DNA of 64,000 nt from an uncultured Succinivibrionaceae bacterium (GCA_944389835.1 CALXNU010000003.1:730-64729); one strand, 5' to 3'; counted from the first letter of the stretch, positions 10,090 through 21,358 are shown. The notes: generated by a model from the letters alone, not told the origin. A program made the numbers and translations.

Positions 10090-10638
10090 TTACTTAGCCT
10101 TTTTCTCACCATTGGCAATTGAGCCTTCTTTATAGCTCTTCTTGAGGTTCTCTAAAACCTCATCGGTAACATTTAAAGCCTCATTGCTTAAATTTAAAAT
10201 GGCCATACCGTCCATAACAAAATCAAGCTTTTGCTCTTTGGCAACGGCATCAATGGCCTTTTGAATTTCGTTATTGACTCTGCCTTCCATCTCTTGGGCA
10301 CGCTTTCTTTGATCTTCTTGTAAAGCACGAGCCTTTAAGTTGAAATCAGATTGTAACTGAGCAATTTGTCTTTGAGCGTTAGTCAATTGCTCACCTGCAA
10401 GTGTGCCAGATTGAATTTGTTGGGCAAGTTTCTGGCCTTCATTTTCAATGTTCTTAAGCTCTTCTTGACGTGGACCAAATTCTTTGGCCATAGTCTGTTG
10501 CAATTCATGGGCTTGTGGGGCGTCAAAACGGATTAAACGTAAGTTTACAATACCAATGTTAGTATCCGCAGCAAATGCCTGCCCTACCATACCTAAAACT
10601 GCAACTAATGAAAGGGCTAATGCCTGCTTCTTGAACAT
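10090..10638 (-). CDS. skp: Periplasmic chaperone Skp (OmpH)
   Basis: 182 aa with signal peptide ..GQAFAA and a Q/E/K-rich coiled body. It lies downstream of bamA. Confidence 0.88.
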   Translation of the reverse strand: MFKKQALALSLVAVLGMVGQAFAADTNIGIVNLRLIRFDAPQAHELQQTMAKEFGPRQEELKNIENEGQKLAQQIQSGTLAGEQLTNAQRQIAQLQSDFNLKARALQEDQRKRAQEMEGRVNNEIQKAIDAVAKEQKLDFVMDGMAILNLSNEALNVTDEVLENLKKSYKEGSIANGEKKAK

Positions 10639-10709
10639 GAAAAAACTCCTTGTAAATTGATTAAGGCACTTAAAAAAGTGCCTTGTAACCTATTAATTTT
10701 ACCTAAAAA

Positions 10710-13103
10710 TTAGAAAGTACCACCAATATTGAAGTTAAAGACCTGAGTATCATCACCTGAGTAATCCTTAACTGGGCGTGCAAGTGAGAAGACTAAAGGT
10801 CCAATTGGTGACATCCAGCTTACTGAGACACCAACTGAGGCACGGTACTCATCGGCAGATGAGTTCGCCACCGCTGCTGAATAATCATCATCACGAGTAT
10901 CCCACAGGGCACCTGCATCTAAGAACAGTGAAGTTCTAACCTGTCTCTTGTAAGTCTCACTAATAAGTGGGGTAGGTACGATGACCTCAAAGGAGGTAGC
11001 CCATAAGGCGTTACCACCTACTGCGGTATCTGATTCATAGTAACCATAAATGGCCTTTGGACCTACGCTGTTTGAATCAAAGCCTCTTAACCACTCAGAA
11101 CCTCCTAAGTAGAAGTTAGAGAAGAATGGTAATCTTTGCTTTTCACCGTTTTTAGTACCGTAGCCATCACCGAAGGCAGCTCTGCCTCTAAAGGCAATCA
11201 CAAAGTCATGCTCTGAGTCTAATGGGAAGTAGTGAGCAGTTTCAGCTGAGGTCTTATAGTATTGCAAATCAGATTCAGGTAAGGTGGCAAAAACTGAGAA
11301 CACCTGACGTGAGCCTGAAGTTGGGAACACGGTTCTATCTAAGTTATTGCGGGTAAGTCTAATGCCTGCATTGTAGTTATCAAAAACGCCTGAATTATCA
11401 CCGCCACCACTACCATACTGTGACCAGAAGACTTGAGACTGTACGAAGTTATCACCGCGGTTATCAACGTCATTGCGCTCATAACCTACTGAATAACTTA
11501 TAAACATATTCTCAGATAAAGGATAACCTGCGGTAAACTCAATACCTGTCGTAGTATTATCGTAAGCTACCACGTCAGCATCATCACCTTCAAACTTATC
11601 GTAGTACACACGGCCACCTAAGCTTATACCATCTACGGTAAAGTAAGGATCGGTATAGCCTAATTCTACGTGTTGACGATAGTCGTTATCATAAGCTGAG
11701 AGGGAGGCACGAGAACCCCAACCAAAGACATTGCTTTGTGAGATACCACCTTGGATCATAAAGCCTGAGTCAGTACCATAACCAATACCGCCGTTAATGG
11801 TACCTGTAGGCTGTTCTTTTACTACGGTATTTACATTTACCGTATCACCATTAGTACCAACTCTTTGTACATTTAAATCGGCAGTTTCAAAAAAGCCGGT
11901 ACGATTTAAACGATTCTTTGAAGTATCAATTGCCTCTGTGGAAAGCCAAGTGCCGTCCATTTGACGAATTTCGCGGCGAATTACGGTATCATCGGTTTGA
12001 GTATTACCGGTAATTAAAACTTGAGAGACGTAAATACGAGAGCCTGGAATGACATTAAACTCTAAGTTTACAACCTTATTTTCCTCATCATAAACCGGGA
12101 AGGCCTTAACCTCAGAGTAAGCATAACCGTATTTACCTAAGAAATTCTTTAAAGACTCCTCAACAGCACTTACGGCACGAGCTGAGTAAATTTCACCTTT
12201 TTCAAGGGTGATAAGCTCTTTCATCTGCTCACCGTACTTTAAGGTATCACCTCTTAAAGTACAGTCGCCTATCGTGTATTGCTCGCCTTCATTAACAGCA
12301 ATAGTTAAATAAAGGCCTCTTTTATCTGGAGTCATTTCAACTGAGGTAGATTCGATATTAAAGCGCACATAGCCTCTGTCCATATAATAGGATCTTAAGG
12401 CTTCCAAATCCGCGCCCATCTTTTGGCTATCGTATCTTTGATTGGCCATGAAGTTCCACCATGGCACATCATCACGCAATTGCAATTGAGCAAGTAAGAC
12501 ATCCTCATCAAATTGTTGATTGCCCACAATATTAATCTGCTCAATCTTAGCGCTTTCACCTTCGGTGAACTCTAATTTAATATCGACACGATTTCTTGGC
12601 AGGTAAGTTAAAACAGGCTTAACTTGAGCACGATACATACCAGCTGAGTGATAGAAATCCTCAAGGGATTTTTTAATTTCATTTAAAGTTTGAACATTTA
12701 AAGGCTCGCCTTGGCGCATACCTTGTTGTTCAATCACATCACGCAAAGGCTCTTCATCAATTTGCGAGTTACCAGCAAAGACTACATTACCAATAATAGG
12801 ACGCTCTTTGACGGTAACAATCATTTTATTACCATCGCGAGATAAAGCTACATCATCAAAGTTTCCGGTAGCATACAGTCTTTTTAGAGCCAATTGTGTC
12901 TTTTCAGCATCAAGTTCCTCTCCGGCACTTACCGGTAAGGCTAAAAGCACAGCACCTAAAGTCACGCGGTTTAAACCACGCACTTCAATATCTTGTACCG
13001 TAAAATTCTCAAAAGGGGCGGCCTGTGCGCCTGAGAAGGCAGCAGATGATCCAATTGCCATGCCCACTAATAATGCTAGGGCTTTTTTACGTAACGCTCG
13101 CAT
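10710..13103 (-). CDS. bamA: Outer-membrane protein assembly factor BamA
   Basis: 797 aa with a signal peptide, a POTRA-type N-terminal half and a beta-barrel C-terminus ending FNFNIGGTF. Confidence 0.96.
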   Translation of the reverse strand: MRALRKKALALLVGMAIGSSAAFSGAQAAPFENFTVQDIEVRGLNRVTLGAVLLALPVSAGEELDAEKTQLALKRLYATGNFDDVALSRDGNKMIVTVKERPIIGNVVFAGNSQIDEEPLRDVIEQQGMRQGEPLNVQTLNEIKKSLEDFYHSAGMYRAQVKPVLTYLPRNRVDIKLEFTEGESAKIEQINIVGNQQFDEDVLLAQLQLRDDVPWWNFMANQRYDSQKMGADLEALRSYYMDRGYVRFNIESTSVEMTPDKRGLYLTIAVNEGEQYTIGDCTLRGDTLKYGEQMKELITLEKGEIYSARAVSAVEESLKNFLGKYGYAYSEVKAFPVYDEENKVVNLEFNVIPGSRIYVSQVLITGNTQTDDTVIRREIRQMDGTWLSTEAIDTSKNRLNRTGFFETADLNVQRVGTNGDTVNVNTVVKEQPTGTINGGIGYGTDSGFMIQGGISQSNVFGWGSRASLSAYDNDYRQHVELGYTDPYFTVDGISLGGRVYYDKFEGDDADVVAYDNTTTGIEFTAGYPLSENMFISYSVGYERNDVDNRGDNFVQSQVFWSQYGSGGGDNSGVFDNYNAGIRLTRNNLDRTVFPTSGSRQVFSVFATLPESDLQYYKTSAETAHYFPLDSEHDFVIAFRGRAAFGDGYGTKNGEKQRLPFFSNFYLGGSEWLRGFDSNSVGPKAIYGYYESDTAVGGNALWATSFEVIVPTPLISETYKRQVRTSLFLDAGALWDTRDDDYSAAVANSSADEYRASVGVSVSWMSPIGPLVFSLARPVKDYSGDDTQVFNFNIGGTF

Positions 13104-13127
13104 AAATTGTTTCCACTAATCTTAAAG

Positions 13128-14543
13128 TTATAGGGCACGGATGTCATTGAAGATTGCAAACAATGACAAACTGACCAGAAAACTTATACCCAAAGCGGTT
13201 AATACCGTTTGAACCTTTGCACTAGGTTGTCTACCTACCACAGCTTCGTATGCCAAAAAAAGCAATTGTCCGCCATCTAGCACCGGGACTGGTAGCAAGT
13301 TTAGAATACCTAAGTTTACACTAACAGCAGCTAAAAAGCTTATAAAGAATATTAATCCTATAGAAGCGCTTTCACCTGCGCCTCTGGCAATACTAATTGG
13401 CCCTGAAATATTTTGCGCAGAAATAGTGCCATCTAAAAGCATCAGCGTGGTTCTAGCAATCAAAAGCGACATTTGCGCTGTATCAGAGGCCGCTTTACCT
13501 ACTGCTTCAATAAAATTATATTCTTTAACTAAAGTTAAATTGTCTATTGGGTAAAACTCAGTTCCAACTCCAATTAAATTGCGACAAACATTATTTTTAT
13601 CACATTTAAACTCAGGAATTAACTCAGTGCGATACTCTTTACCCTCACGCACCACATAAAGCTCAATTCTACCTTGAGCTTTAGAAATTTCCTTTTGTAC
13701 AGCCTGCCAATTTAAAGTTTCAACCCCATTTACCGCCACAATTCTATCTTGGGCCTGCAATCCTGCTCTAAAGGCAGGACTTTCCTCTTGCACTAAGGTT
13801 ACCACATTAGTTGAAAGTCCAAGTAAAGGGGTTAAACCTATAAGTTTTAATAAATTAGGCTCACTTTCTAAGGTTAAATTCTCCAAATTTAAAGTCACGC
13901 TATATGAAGTAACTTTAGGTAAAGTGGCTAATTGCTCTAAAAGTACGTCTTGTGGAAGATTGGACTTTAAATTTTCATTTTCTGCAAGATGCGGGGTGAA
14001 AGGCACGAAACTTAAAGTCATTTTAGAGCCCAAATTTTCAATAAGCTCTAAATTAACCTCGGACCAAGAGTTGATATCCTTACCATTTACTTTAACAATT
14101 TGACTGTAGGGTACCACACCACTTTGAGCGGCTAAAGAATTCTCACCTACCTCTCCTACAACCGCTTTAAGCTCAACTGTGCCATTTAAAGCGACAATGA
14201 TGTATAAGAAAAAGGCCAAAAGAATATTACACAAAGGACCTGCGGCAATGATAAGCGCTCTTTTTCCCACACTTTTACTTGCATAGGAGTCAGCTTGGTA
14301 AGTGTTTTCTGTCCCATCACTTTCCCCTTTCATCTTCACATAGCCGCCAAGTGGGATCATAGAGATTGCATACTCAGTGCCTTTTTTATCATGAAAGCGC
14401 CATAAGACCTTACCAAAGCCTATGGAAAAGCGCTCACAAAACACCCCACAGGCTCGTGCCATATAAAAATGGCCTGCCTCATGCACGGTGACTAAGACAC
14501 CAATTGCGATAAGGAAAAATAAAAAATTCCACAATGCGCCCAT
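13128..14543 (-). CDS. rseP: RIP zinc metalloprotease RseP
   Basis: 471 aa with the HEAGH motif at residues 21-25, a PDZ-like middle region and a multi-pass membrane ending. Its start overlaps the dxr stop (TAATG). Confidence 0.93.
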   Translation of the reverse strand: MGALWNFLFFLIAIGVLVTVHEAGHFYMARACGVFCERFSIGFGKVLWRFHDKKGTEYAISMIPLGGYVKMKGESDGTENTYQADSYASKSVGKRALIIAAGPLCNILLAFFLYIIVALNGTVELKAVVGEVGENSLAAQSGVVPYSQIVKVNGKDINSWSEVNLELIENLGSKMTLSFVPFTPHLAENENLKSNLPQDVLLEQLATLPKVTSYSVTLNLENLTLESEPNLLKLIGLTPLLGLSTNVVTLVQEESPAFRAGLQAQDRIVAVNGVETLNWQAVQKEISKAQGRIELYVVREGKEYRTELIPEFKCDKNNVCRNLIGVGTEFYPIDNLTLVKEYNFIEAVGKAASDTAQMSLLIARTTLMLLDGTISAQNISGPISIARGAGESASIGLIFFISFLAAVSVNLGILNLLPVPVLDGGQLLFLAYEAVVGRQPSAKVQTVLTALGISFLVSLSLFAIFNDIRAL

Positions 14544-15742
14544 TAAAAGCGCTCTCCTGTAGCTAAAATCGCTAAGGCCCTATCGCGTGCTTTCCTATCT
14601 GTTTCCAAAATTTCCTCTAAAGATCCTGCCTTAAGATTATCTAAAGCCTCAACTACTTTAGCGACTACTTTATAAATTCCAAGATAGGAAATCTGCTCTT
14701 TTAAAAAGGCCCCGACGGCAATTTCATTGGCCGCATTTAAAGCCGTGGTAACCGCTTGCCCTAAGCGCGAGGCTTCCATGGCAAGTTTTAAACAAGGATA
14801 GCGCTTGTAATCAGGCTTTGAAAAACTTAAAGTGCCAAGAGATGAAAAATCCAAAGGCTCAACATTACTTAAAATTCTCTTGGGGTAAGCTAAAGCTCTT
14901 GCAATTGGGGTTTTCATATCCGGGGCCCCCATTTGCGCTAAAATGGCCCCATCTTTATAAGAGACCATGGAGTGCACTACCGATTGGGGATGAATAATCA
15001 CCTCCATCTGATCTTCACGAGCGTTAAATAAATAGCGCGCCTCAATATACTCAAGACCCTTGTTCATCATGGTTGCAGAGTCGATGGTGATCTTAGGTCC
15101 CATTGACCATATTGGATGATGTAAGGCCTCTTTGGCACTTACTTTATTTAGATCCTCCAAAGGCGTAGTTCTAAAAGGACCGCCTGAGCCTGTTAAAAGA
15201 ATATGATGCACACCAGCCTTTTCTAAATCACAGCTTCCCAAATTTAACTGACATTCCTCAGGTAAGCATTGGAAAATAGCACTGTGCTCTGAGTCAATTG
15301 GAAAGACTTGCGCCATACCCTTGTGCAAGCGCTCAAAAAACAAGGCACCTGACATCACTAAGGCTTCTTTATTGGCAAGACCTATTAATGCGCCTCTGTC
15401 TGCCGCGGCTAAAACTGGCTTTAAACCTGCAGCACCTACGATGGCGGCAATGACATAATCACCTTCAGGATCGGCTGCCAATTCACAAATGCCTTTTTCC
15501 CCTTCTAAAACTTCAGGGAGAGGACCTTTTAAATTTTTAAGCTCAGCCTTTAATCTTTGACAAGCCTCAACTGATGCTAAAGCTACTTTTTGGGGGTGAA
15601 AGCGCGTAATGATCCCAAGCATTCCTTCCACATTAGAGCCACAGGCTGCGGCGTATAAAGTTAAAGTATCCTGATTTTTTGAGATCACCTCTAAAGCTGA
15701 GGTGCCAATGGAGCCGGTGGCTCCAAGCAAGGTAACGCGCAT
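14543..15742 (-). CDS. dxr: 1-deoxy-D-xylulose-5-phosphate reductoisomerase
   Basis: 399 aa with the N-terminal NADPH-binding loop LGATGSIGTS. Confidence 0.95.
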   Translation of the reverse strand: MRVTLLGATGSIGTSALEVISKNQDTLTLYAAACGSNVEGMLGIITRFHPQKVALASVEACQRLKAELKNLKGPLPEVLEGEKGICELAADPEGDYVIAAIVGAAGLKPVLAAADRGALIGLANKEALVMSGALFFERLHKGMAQVFPIDSEHSAIFQCLPEECQLNLGSCDLEKAGVHHILLTGSGGPFRTTPLEDLNKVSAKEALHHPIWSMGPKITIDSATMMNKGLEYIEARYLFNAREDQMEVIIHPQSVVHSMVSYKDGAILAQMGAPDMKTPIARALAYPKRILSNVEPLDFSSLGTLSFSKPDYKRYPCLKLAMEASRLGQAVTTALNAANEIAVGAFLKEQISYLGIYKVVAKVVEALDNLKAGSLEEILETDRKARDRALAILATGERF

Positions 15743-15759
15743 GATACTCCTAAATGTCT

Positions 15760-16620
15760 TTAAAATAATTGCCCACTTACTAAATGGTGCAATGAAATAA
15801 ATAAAGGTAAAGCGGCAAGTTGTGAGTCAATTCTATCAAGCATTCCGCCATGGCCTGGGAAAATATTCCCAGAATCTTTAATATTTACCATGCGCTTTAA
15901 CATGCTTTCAACTAAGTCGCCTAACACGCAGAAAAATATGGCCCCCAAACCTGCCACCATTAAAGCAAGTTTATCGGTACTATACTCTGCATAAAAACCC
16001 AAATAATCAAAGATCAAAAAGGTGAAAATAGCAAGAGCAATACCCCCGTATAAGCCCTCCCGGGTCTTTTTAGGGGAGACTGCTTCAATTAATTTAGTCT
16101 TACCTACAGCACGACCTGTAAAGTAAGCCCCAGAGTCAGCAGCCCAGACTAAAGCCATTACCGCTAAGACTAAATTGGCTCCCGTATAATAATTTTCATT
16201 AAAATCAGTGGCTCTTAAAATAAGCAGGGCCTCTAAAAATGGCACTAACAATAAAAGACCTACGAGAATATTTAAAGCCTTATTTTGATGCCATGAAGTG
16301 TACTTAGGATAGGCCCTAACTAAAGGTAGCATTACCACCCAAAATGGAATGGAGAGGGCTACTATCACCTTAATTACCGTAGGGATCTCATCTTCAACAT
16401 AAATACCAGGTGGGGCTATGTAAAACAAAATTGAGGCCACAGCAGCGGCACAAATTAAAAAAGGCCACGGACGGGCAAAGCCTAATAAGGCTCCCATCTC
16501 TTTTGCGGCGAAAGCATAAATGGCTAGAGCGCCCATTGCAAACATTGCATAGTCTGCAAAATAGAGCCAGGCTATCACCAAGGCAATTAGCACTGTGGCG
16601 GTAGCGATTCTAGTTCCCAT
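15760..16620 (-). CDS. cdsA: Phosphatidate cytidylyltransferase
   Basis: 286-aa polytopic membrane protein with the C-terminal signature GHGGMLDRIDS. Its start overlaps the uppS end by 11 nt. Confidence 0.92.
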   Translation of the reverse strand: MGTRIATATVLIALVIAWLYFADYAMFAMGALAIYAFAAKEMGALLGFARPWPFLICAAAVASILFYIAPPGIYVEDEIPTVIKVIVALSIPFWVVMLPLVRAYPKYTSWHQNKALNILVGLLLLVPFLEALLILRATDFNENYYTGANLVLAVMALVWAADSGAYFTGRAVGKTKLIEAVSPKKTREGLYGGIALAIFTFLIFDYLGFYAEYSTDKLALMVAGLGAIFFCVLGDLVESMLKRMVNIKDSGNIFPGHGGMLDRIDSQLAALPLFISLHHLVSGQLF

Positions 16621-17362
16621 TACTTATCTCCTTTATTTGCTCTGAAGTCATCCCAAACCGCCTTTCACGGCTAAGATAATAGTCTATAGCATCAAACAAA
16701 GCCTGTTCATTAAAATCAGGCCACAACAGATCTGTGACATAAAATTCGCTATACGCGCACTGCCACAGAAGGAAGTTTGAGATCCTTCTTTCACCACCGG
16801 TTCTAATTAAAAGATCTACTCCCTCGTCTAAGACTAGCGCATGATTAAAAAGTTCTTCATCAATTCTTTCAAGATCAAGATCTCCATCACGCACTTTAAG
16901 AGCTAATTTCTTACAAGCCTGAACTATATCCCACTTTCCGCCATAATTAATTGCGATATTAAGCTTAAGACCTAAATTGTTTTCAGTAAGATTTTGTGTG
17001 TAAGAAATTGACTCTTGTAAAGAGGGTTTTAAGGCTTTGAGATCACCTAAGACTCTAACCTTAATGCCATTTTGATGCAAAATGGGGGTTTGCTTTTTTA
17101 AAGCTTTAGCTAAAAGCTGCATGAGGGCATTAACTTCGCTTGGCGGTCTTTTCCAATTTTCTGAGGAAAAGGCAAATAAGCTTAAAGTTTTAATGCCAAG
17201 ACGGGCACAAGTTTCAATAGTTGTAATGACAGCGTTAGCACCTTCTTGATGGCCTTTGACCCGCAACATGCCGCGCTTTTGAGCCCAACGGCCATTGCCA
17301 TCCATAATAATTGCAATATGACGCGGCAAATAAGCCGCGTCTTTATCTGAAAACGAAACCAT
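16610..17362 (-). CDS. uppS: Undecaprenyl-diphosphate synthase
   Basis: Contains the motif HIAIIMDGNGRWA. I chose the start MVSFSDKD at 17362, because the track start at 17407 would overlap the frr 3' end. Confidence 0.92.
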   Translation of the reverse strand: MVSFSDKDAAYLPRHIAIIMDGNGRWAQKRGMLRVKGHQEGANAVITTIETCARLGIKTLSLFAFSSENWKRPPSEVNALMQLLAKALKKQTPILHQNGIKVRVLGDLKALKPSLQESISYTQNLTENNLGLKLNIAINYGGKWDIVQACKKLALKVRDGDLDLERIDEELFNHALVLDEGVDLLIRTGGERRISNFLLWQCAYSEFYVTDLLWPDFNEQALFDAIDYYLSRERRFGMTSEQIKEISNGN

Positions 17363-17370
17363 GAAATCTC

Positions 17371-17928
17371 TTAAACTTCCATGAGCTCTTTTTCTTTTGA
17401 GGCACAAACCTCATCACATTGCTTAATGGCAGCGTCGGTTAACTTTTGAATTTGCTCCTCGCCACCTCTTTGCTCATCTTCAGAGATGCTCTTGTCTTTT
17501 TGTAACTCTTTAAGCTTAGCATTAGCATCACGACGAGCGTTTCTAATCTCAACTTTAGTCTGCTCGACTTCACCTTTAACCACTTTAACTAATTCTTTAC
17601 GACGATCTTCGGTTAATGGTGGAAGAGGTACACGAATATCAGTACCTGCAACTACTGGATTTAAACCAAGCTCAGACTTTTGAATAGCCTTCTCAACATC
17701 CTTGGAGGCATTTCTATCGAAAACGGTAATCTTTAAAGTACGGGCATCTTCAACGTTTACTTGAGCCACTTGACGAAGTGGAGTTGGAGATCCGTAATAA
17801 TCGACCATAATGCCATCTAATAAACCTGGCTGGGCACGGCCGGTGCGGATTTTAGCTAAACGGCTGCGTAAAGACTCAATAGCCTTTTGCATACGGGTGT
17901 TGGCGTCATTTTTTACGTCATTGACCAT
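17371..17928 (-). CDS. frr: Ribosome recycling factor
   Basis: 185 aa with full-length Frr similarity and pyrH-frr order. Confidence 0.96.
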   Translation of the reverse strand: MVNDVKNDANTRMQKAIESLRSRLAKIRTGRAQPGLLDGIMVDYYGSPTPLRQVAQVNVEDARTLKITVFDRNASKDVEKAIQKSELGLNPVVAGTDIRVPLPPLTEDRRKELVKVVKGEVEQTKVEIRNARRDANAKLKELQKDKSISEDEQRGGEEQIQKLTDAAIKQCDEVCASKEKELMEV

Positions 17929-17939
17929 AATATTGCTCC

Positions 17940-18677
17940 TTAGTCGGATACTAAAGTGCCTTCATCACCACCGGTGGCGGCTCTTAATAAAGCACCTTCT
18001 TTGTTCATGGAGAAAACACGAATTGGCATACTATGCTCGCGAGCTAAAGCAAAAGCAGTTAAATCCATAACCTGCAGCTCTTGAGTTAATACTTCTTTAA
18101 AGGTAAGTCTTGAATAGCGAATAGCGGTTGGATCTTTTACAGGATCGGCACTATACACACCATCAACCTTAGTACCTTTAAACACTTCATCACAGTTTAA
18201 TTCAATGCCACGTAAGACAGCTGCGGTATCAGTTGTAAAAAATGGTGAACCTGTACCACCTGCCACAATGAGAACTGAACCTTGATTTAAGATTTGACGA
18301 CCTAAATTAGCTGAATATTGGATCGTAATTTGAGGAATGCCACAAGCACTCATCAATTCACAATGTCCACCTTGGCGCATAATTTCATCGCGCATAGCAA
18401 GACCATTCATAACTGTAGCAAGCATACCCATTTGATCGCCTGCAACTCTATCAAGTCCTGCCTTTTGTAAGGCTGCGCCTCTGAAAATATTGCCGCCACC
18501 AATGACTAAGGCAACCTGTACACCTTGTTCTTGTACTTTGCGAATTTCACGTGCAGTACGCGTCAAAACTTGTGGCTCAATTCCAAAGCCAGCATCTCCT
18601 CCTAAGGCCTCGCCTGAGATCTTAAGCAGGATCCGGTGATTACTACTTGTCTCAAATGACATCAGTGTTTGCTCCAA
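17940..18677 (-). CDS. pyrH: UMP kinase
   Basis: 245 aa; contains [13 protein letters not shown] and [10 protein letters not shown]. Confidence 0.96.
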   Translation of the reverse strand: MEQTLMSFETSSNHRILLKISGEALGGDAGFGIEPQVLTRTAREIRKVQEQGVQVALVIGGGNIFRGAALQKAGLDRVAGDQMGMLATVMNGLAMRDEIMRQGGHCELMSACGIPQITIQYSANLGRQILNQGSVLIVAGGTGSPFFTTDTAAVLRGIELNCDEVFKGTKVDGVYSADPVKDPTAIRYSRLTFKEVLTQELQVMDLTAFALAREHSMPIRVFSMNKEGALLRAATGGDEGTLVSD

Positions 18678-18688
18678 ATTATCCTTGG

Positions 18689-18720
18689 GAAAACTTAAAA
18701 CACGGGGTAAAAACCCCGTG
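18689..18720 (-). terminator. Hairpin/attenuator between tsf and pyrH
   Basis: CACGGGGU-UUUU-ACCCCGUG (18701-18720) is followed on the minus strand by UUUUAAGUUUU. Confidence 0.55.
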
Positions 18721-18733
18721 CTTTTTATTCTTC

Positions 18734-19615
18734 TTACTTAGAAGAAGCGGCGATCTGAGCTTGAACTTCCTCAGCAAAGTTAGCTTCTTTCTTCTCGATG
18801 CCTTCACCGACCTCAAGACGAACAAAGCTCTTAGCGTCAGCACCCTTTTGCTTGAGCATCTGACCTACGGTGACACTTGGATCCATCACAAATGGCTGAC
18901 CGGTTAAGGAAACTTCACCGGTGAACTTCTTCATGCGGCCTTCAACCATCTTCTCGGCAATCTCTTTTGGCTTGCCAGATTGCATGGCGATGTCGATTTG
19001 AATTTGTCTCTCGTGCTCAACAGCCTCAGCTGAAACATCCTCTGGGTGTACGAAGTCAGGCTTGGAAGCGCAAACGTGCATAGCAACGTGCTTGGCAGTC
19101 TCTTCATCAGCACCATCTAAGACTACAACAACACCGATGCGGCGGTTGGAGTGAACATAAACACCTAAAACGTCACCCTCAACAACCTTGAGACGGCGAA
19201 CATTTAAGTTCTCACCGATCTTAGCGATTAAGGCAGTTAAAGCCTCAGCTACGGTTTGACCATTACCAAAGTCAGCGGCCTTTAAAGCCTCAACATCACT
19301 TGCGCCACAGGCTAAAGCAATTTGAGCAACCTTATTGGCAAACTCAACGAAGTCAGCGTTCTTAGCAGCAAAGTCAGTCTCGGAGTTAACCTCAACTAAT
19401 ACCACCTTATTGCCCTCACGAGCAACAGCGATGATACCTTCAGCGGCAGTACGGGTTGCTTTCTTAGCAGCCTTAACAGCACCGCTCTTTCTCATCTCGT
19501 CGATTGCCTTTTGCATATCACCGTCAGCGGCAACTAAAGCCTTCTTGCAGTCCATCATGCCAGCGCCAGTGATATCGCGCAATTCTTTAACCATGGCAGC
19601 AGTTACGTTGGCCAT
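18734..19615 (-). CDS. tsf: Elongation factor Ts
   Basis: 293 aa starting [27 protein letters not shown]. Confidence 0.97.
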   Translation of the reverse strand: MANVTAAMVKELRDITGAGMMDCKKALVAADGDMQKAIDEMRKSGAVKAAKKATRTAAEGIIAVAREGNKVVLVEVNSETDFAAKNADFVEFANKVAQIALACGASDVEALKAADFGNGQTVAEALTALIAKIGENLNVRRLKVVEGDVLGVYVHSNRRIGVVVVLDGADEETAKHVAMHVCASKPDFVHPEDVSAEAVEHERQIQIDIAMQSGKPKEIAEKMVEGRMKKFTGEVSLTGQPFVMDPSVTVGQMLKQKGADAKSFVRLEVGEGIEKKEANFAEEVQAQIAASSK

Positions 19616-19643
19616 TGTAAATTTCCTCTATAGTGTCCTAAAA

Positions 19644-19706
19644 AAGCCGGACAAAAGCCGGCTTATTATCAAAAAAACTGCTTAAGGCAGGAGAAAATCC
19701 TGCCTT
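19644..19706 (-). terminator. Two hairpins in the rpsB-tsf spacer (partial terminator/attenuator-like)
   Basis: AAGGCAGGA-loop-TCCTGCCTT (19684-19706) and AAGCCGG-loop-CCGGCTT (19644-19664). The second runs into a T-rich tract on the minus strand. Confidence 0.45.
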
Positions 19707-19729
19707 GAAATAAAAGCTTATTCCCAATC

Positions 19730-20506
19730 TTACTGGGCATCAGCGGCAGTAGCAGGAGCTGCTTCTGCATTTTGAGCCTCAGCTGGGGCCTCGTTTACAA
19801 CCTGCTCAACCTCAGCACGAGTTAACTCAGCGCGGGCAGCATTAATGGTCTCAACTACACCCTTTAAGTAAAGGTCAACGGCACGGATTGCGTCGTCGTT
19901 ACCTGGGATGACATAGCTTACGCCATCTGGATTGGAGTTAGTGTCAACAACTGCAACTACTGGAATACCAAGGTTGTTGGCTTCCTTAATGGCAATGTGC
20001 TCGACTTCTGCGTCGATGACGAATAAGGCATCTGGAAGGCCGCCCATATCCTTAATACCACCTAAGGAGCGATTTAATTTCTCAAGCTCACGGGTACGTA
20101 ATAAAGCTTCCTTCTTGGTAAGCTTATCGAAAGTGCCATCAGTTGATTGAACCTCAAGCTCCTTTAAGCGCTTGATTGACTGACGAACGGTCTTCCAGTT
20201 AGTAAGCATACCGCCTAACCATCTGTGATCTACGTAGAACTGGCCGCAAGAAGTAGCAGCAGGACCTACCTTATCGCAAGCGGCTCTCTTGGTGCCGACG
20301 AATAAGATCTTGCCCTTGTGAGCTACAGTTGAGCTTAAGAAATTTAAAGCCTCGTCGTAGCACTGTACGGTCTTCTCAAGATTGATGATGTGAACGCCGT
20401 TACGAGCACCGAAGATGTATTGCTTCATCTTTGGATTCCAGTAACGAGTTTGGTGACCGAAGTGAACGCCAGCTTGCAGCATGTCACGCATAGTGATAGT
20501 TGACAT
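19730..20506 (-). CDS. rpsB: 30S ribosomal protein S2
   Basis: 258 aa starting [27 protein letters not shown], with an A/E-rich C-terminal tail. Confidence 0.97.
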   Translation of the reverse strand: MSTITMRDMLQAGVHFGHQTRYWNPKMKQYIFGARNGVHIINLEKTVQCYDEALNFLSSTVAHKGKILFVGTKRAACDKVGPAATSCGQFYVDHRWLGGMLTNWKTVRQSIKRLKELEVQSTDGTFDKLTKKEALLRTRELEKLNRSLGGIKDMGGLPDALFVIDAEVEHIAIKEANNLGIPVVAVVDTNSNPDGVSYVIPGNDDAIRAVDLYLKGVVETINAARAELTRAEVEQVVNEAPAEAQNAEAAPATAADAQ

Positions 20507-20590
20507 TTAATGATTCCTCAATATTAAGGGTTATGCCTCCACTGTTGCGCATTCTCAACTCTATAAGAGCACCCTAAGAATTGCGTTAAT
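20507..20590 (-). promoter_or_regulatory. rpsB 5' leader with long-range AGGGU/ACCCU pairing (possible S2 autoregulatory leader)
   Basis: The minus strand reads UUAGGGUGCUCUUAUAGAGUUGAGAAUGCGCAACAGUGGAGGCAUAACCCUUAAUAUUGAGGAAUCAUUAAAUG. AGGGU pairs with ACCCU and encloses a CUCU-UAU-AGAG hairpin. The S2-leader identity is an inference. Confidence 0.3.
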
Positions 20591-20794
20591 CAAACAGTGT
20601 GTGTTTTCTAAAAAAATGACTAATAAAAGCCTTTAGTTAAAGGCGGCCTATTTTATCATGCTTTGGCGAGAATCTGCCGTTTTCGCTTAAAAAAATTCAA
20701 GAGGTACGTTATCTAAAAGGATAAGAGAGAAGAAAACTAATAATGCCTTCTAAGCTTAAGTCTTAAGGTGAGATAGTACTTATTGGAAAAGTTA

Positions 20795-20827
20795 CAAAAC
20801 AAAACGGCAGTTTGTCAAAAACTGCCG
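20795..20827 (-). terminator. Intrinsic terminator downstream of flgN
   Basis: A 9-bp stem CGGCAGUUU/AAACUGCCG (20805-20827) is followed on the minus strand by UUUUGUUUUG. Confidence 0.75.
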
Positions 20828-20878
20828 CCATCACTTAACTTTAGCTTAAGCTTTAACTTTGTAAAGTCAAAAAAGTTC

Positions 20879-21346
20879 TTAAGCTTGTAAGTTTAAAATA
20901 TGTAAACCTTGAGCTTGGGTACTGCCTTTATCGTTATAGGTCATATTCTTGGTATTTCTATCGCGAATTTTCATCAATACGTCAGTTAAACGCTTGTTTG
21001 CACCCATAAAGTAGCGAATTAACTTACCATTAACCTCATTGCGTCTCTTGCACTCAATAAGCTTAATTTTAATCACTTCAACTTGTGGCAAGTAATCAGC
21101 CTCAAGGCGCTTTTTATCTGGGTGTAGACGAATTTTTTGATCATTACCTGCAATCTTGCCCATAATTTCAGCTTTCTTTGAGGCAAGAGCAGTAATTAAC
21201 TCAGTATCACGGCCTTTTAGAGCATTATGCTCTTTATAAAGGATCTTACCTACCTCGTCTAAAAGCAGGTTTTGATCTTTTAAATACTCAATAAGCGGTC
21301 TTATTTGATTATTAGAAACCGGCTTTTTTTCAAATTTCTTAAGCAT
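20879..21346 (-). CDS. flgN: Flagellar chaperone FlgN family
   Basis: 155 aa. The pattern ..LIECKRRNEVNGKLI..(20)..NMTYNDKGSTQAQG..LQA matches the FlgN C-terminal half. It follows flgP as in Vibrio. Confidence 0.75.
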   Translation of the reverse strand: MLKKFEKKPVSNNQIRPLIEYLKDQNLLLDEVGKILYKEHNALKGRDTELITALASKKAEIMGKIAGNDQKIRLHPDKKRLEADYLPQVEVIKIKLIECKRRNEVNGKLIRYFMGANKRLTDVLMKIRDRNTKNMTYNDKGSTQAQGLHILNLQA

Positions 21347-21358
21347 AATTCTCTCCCC

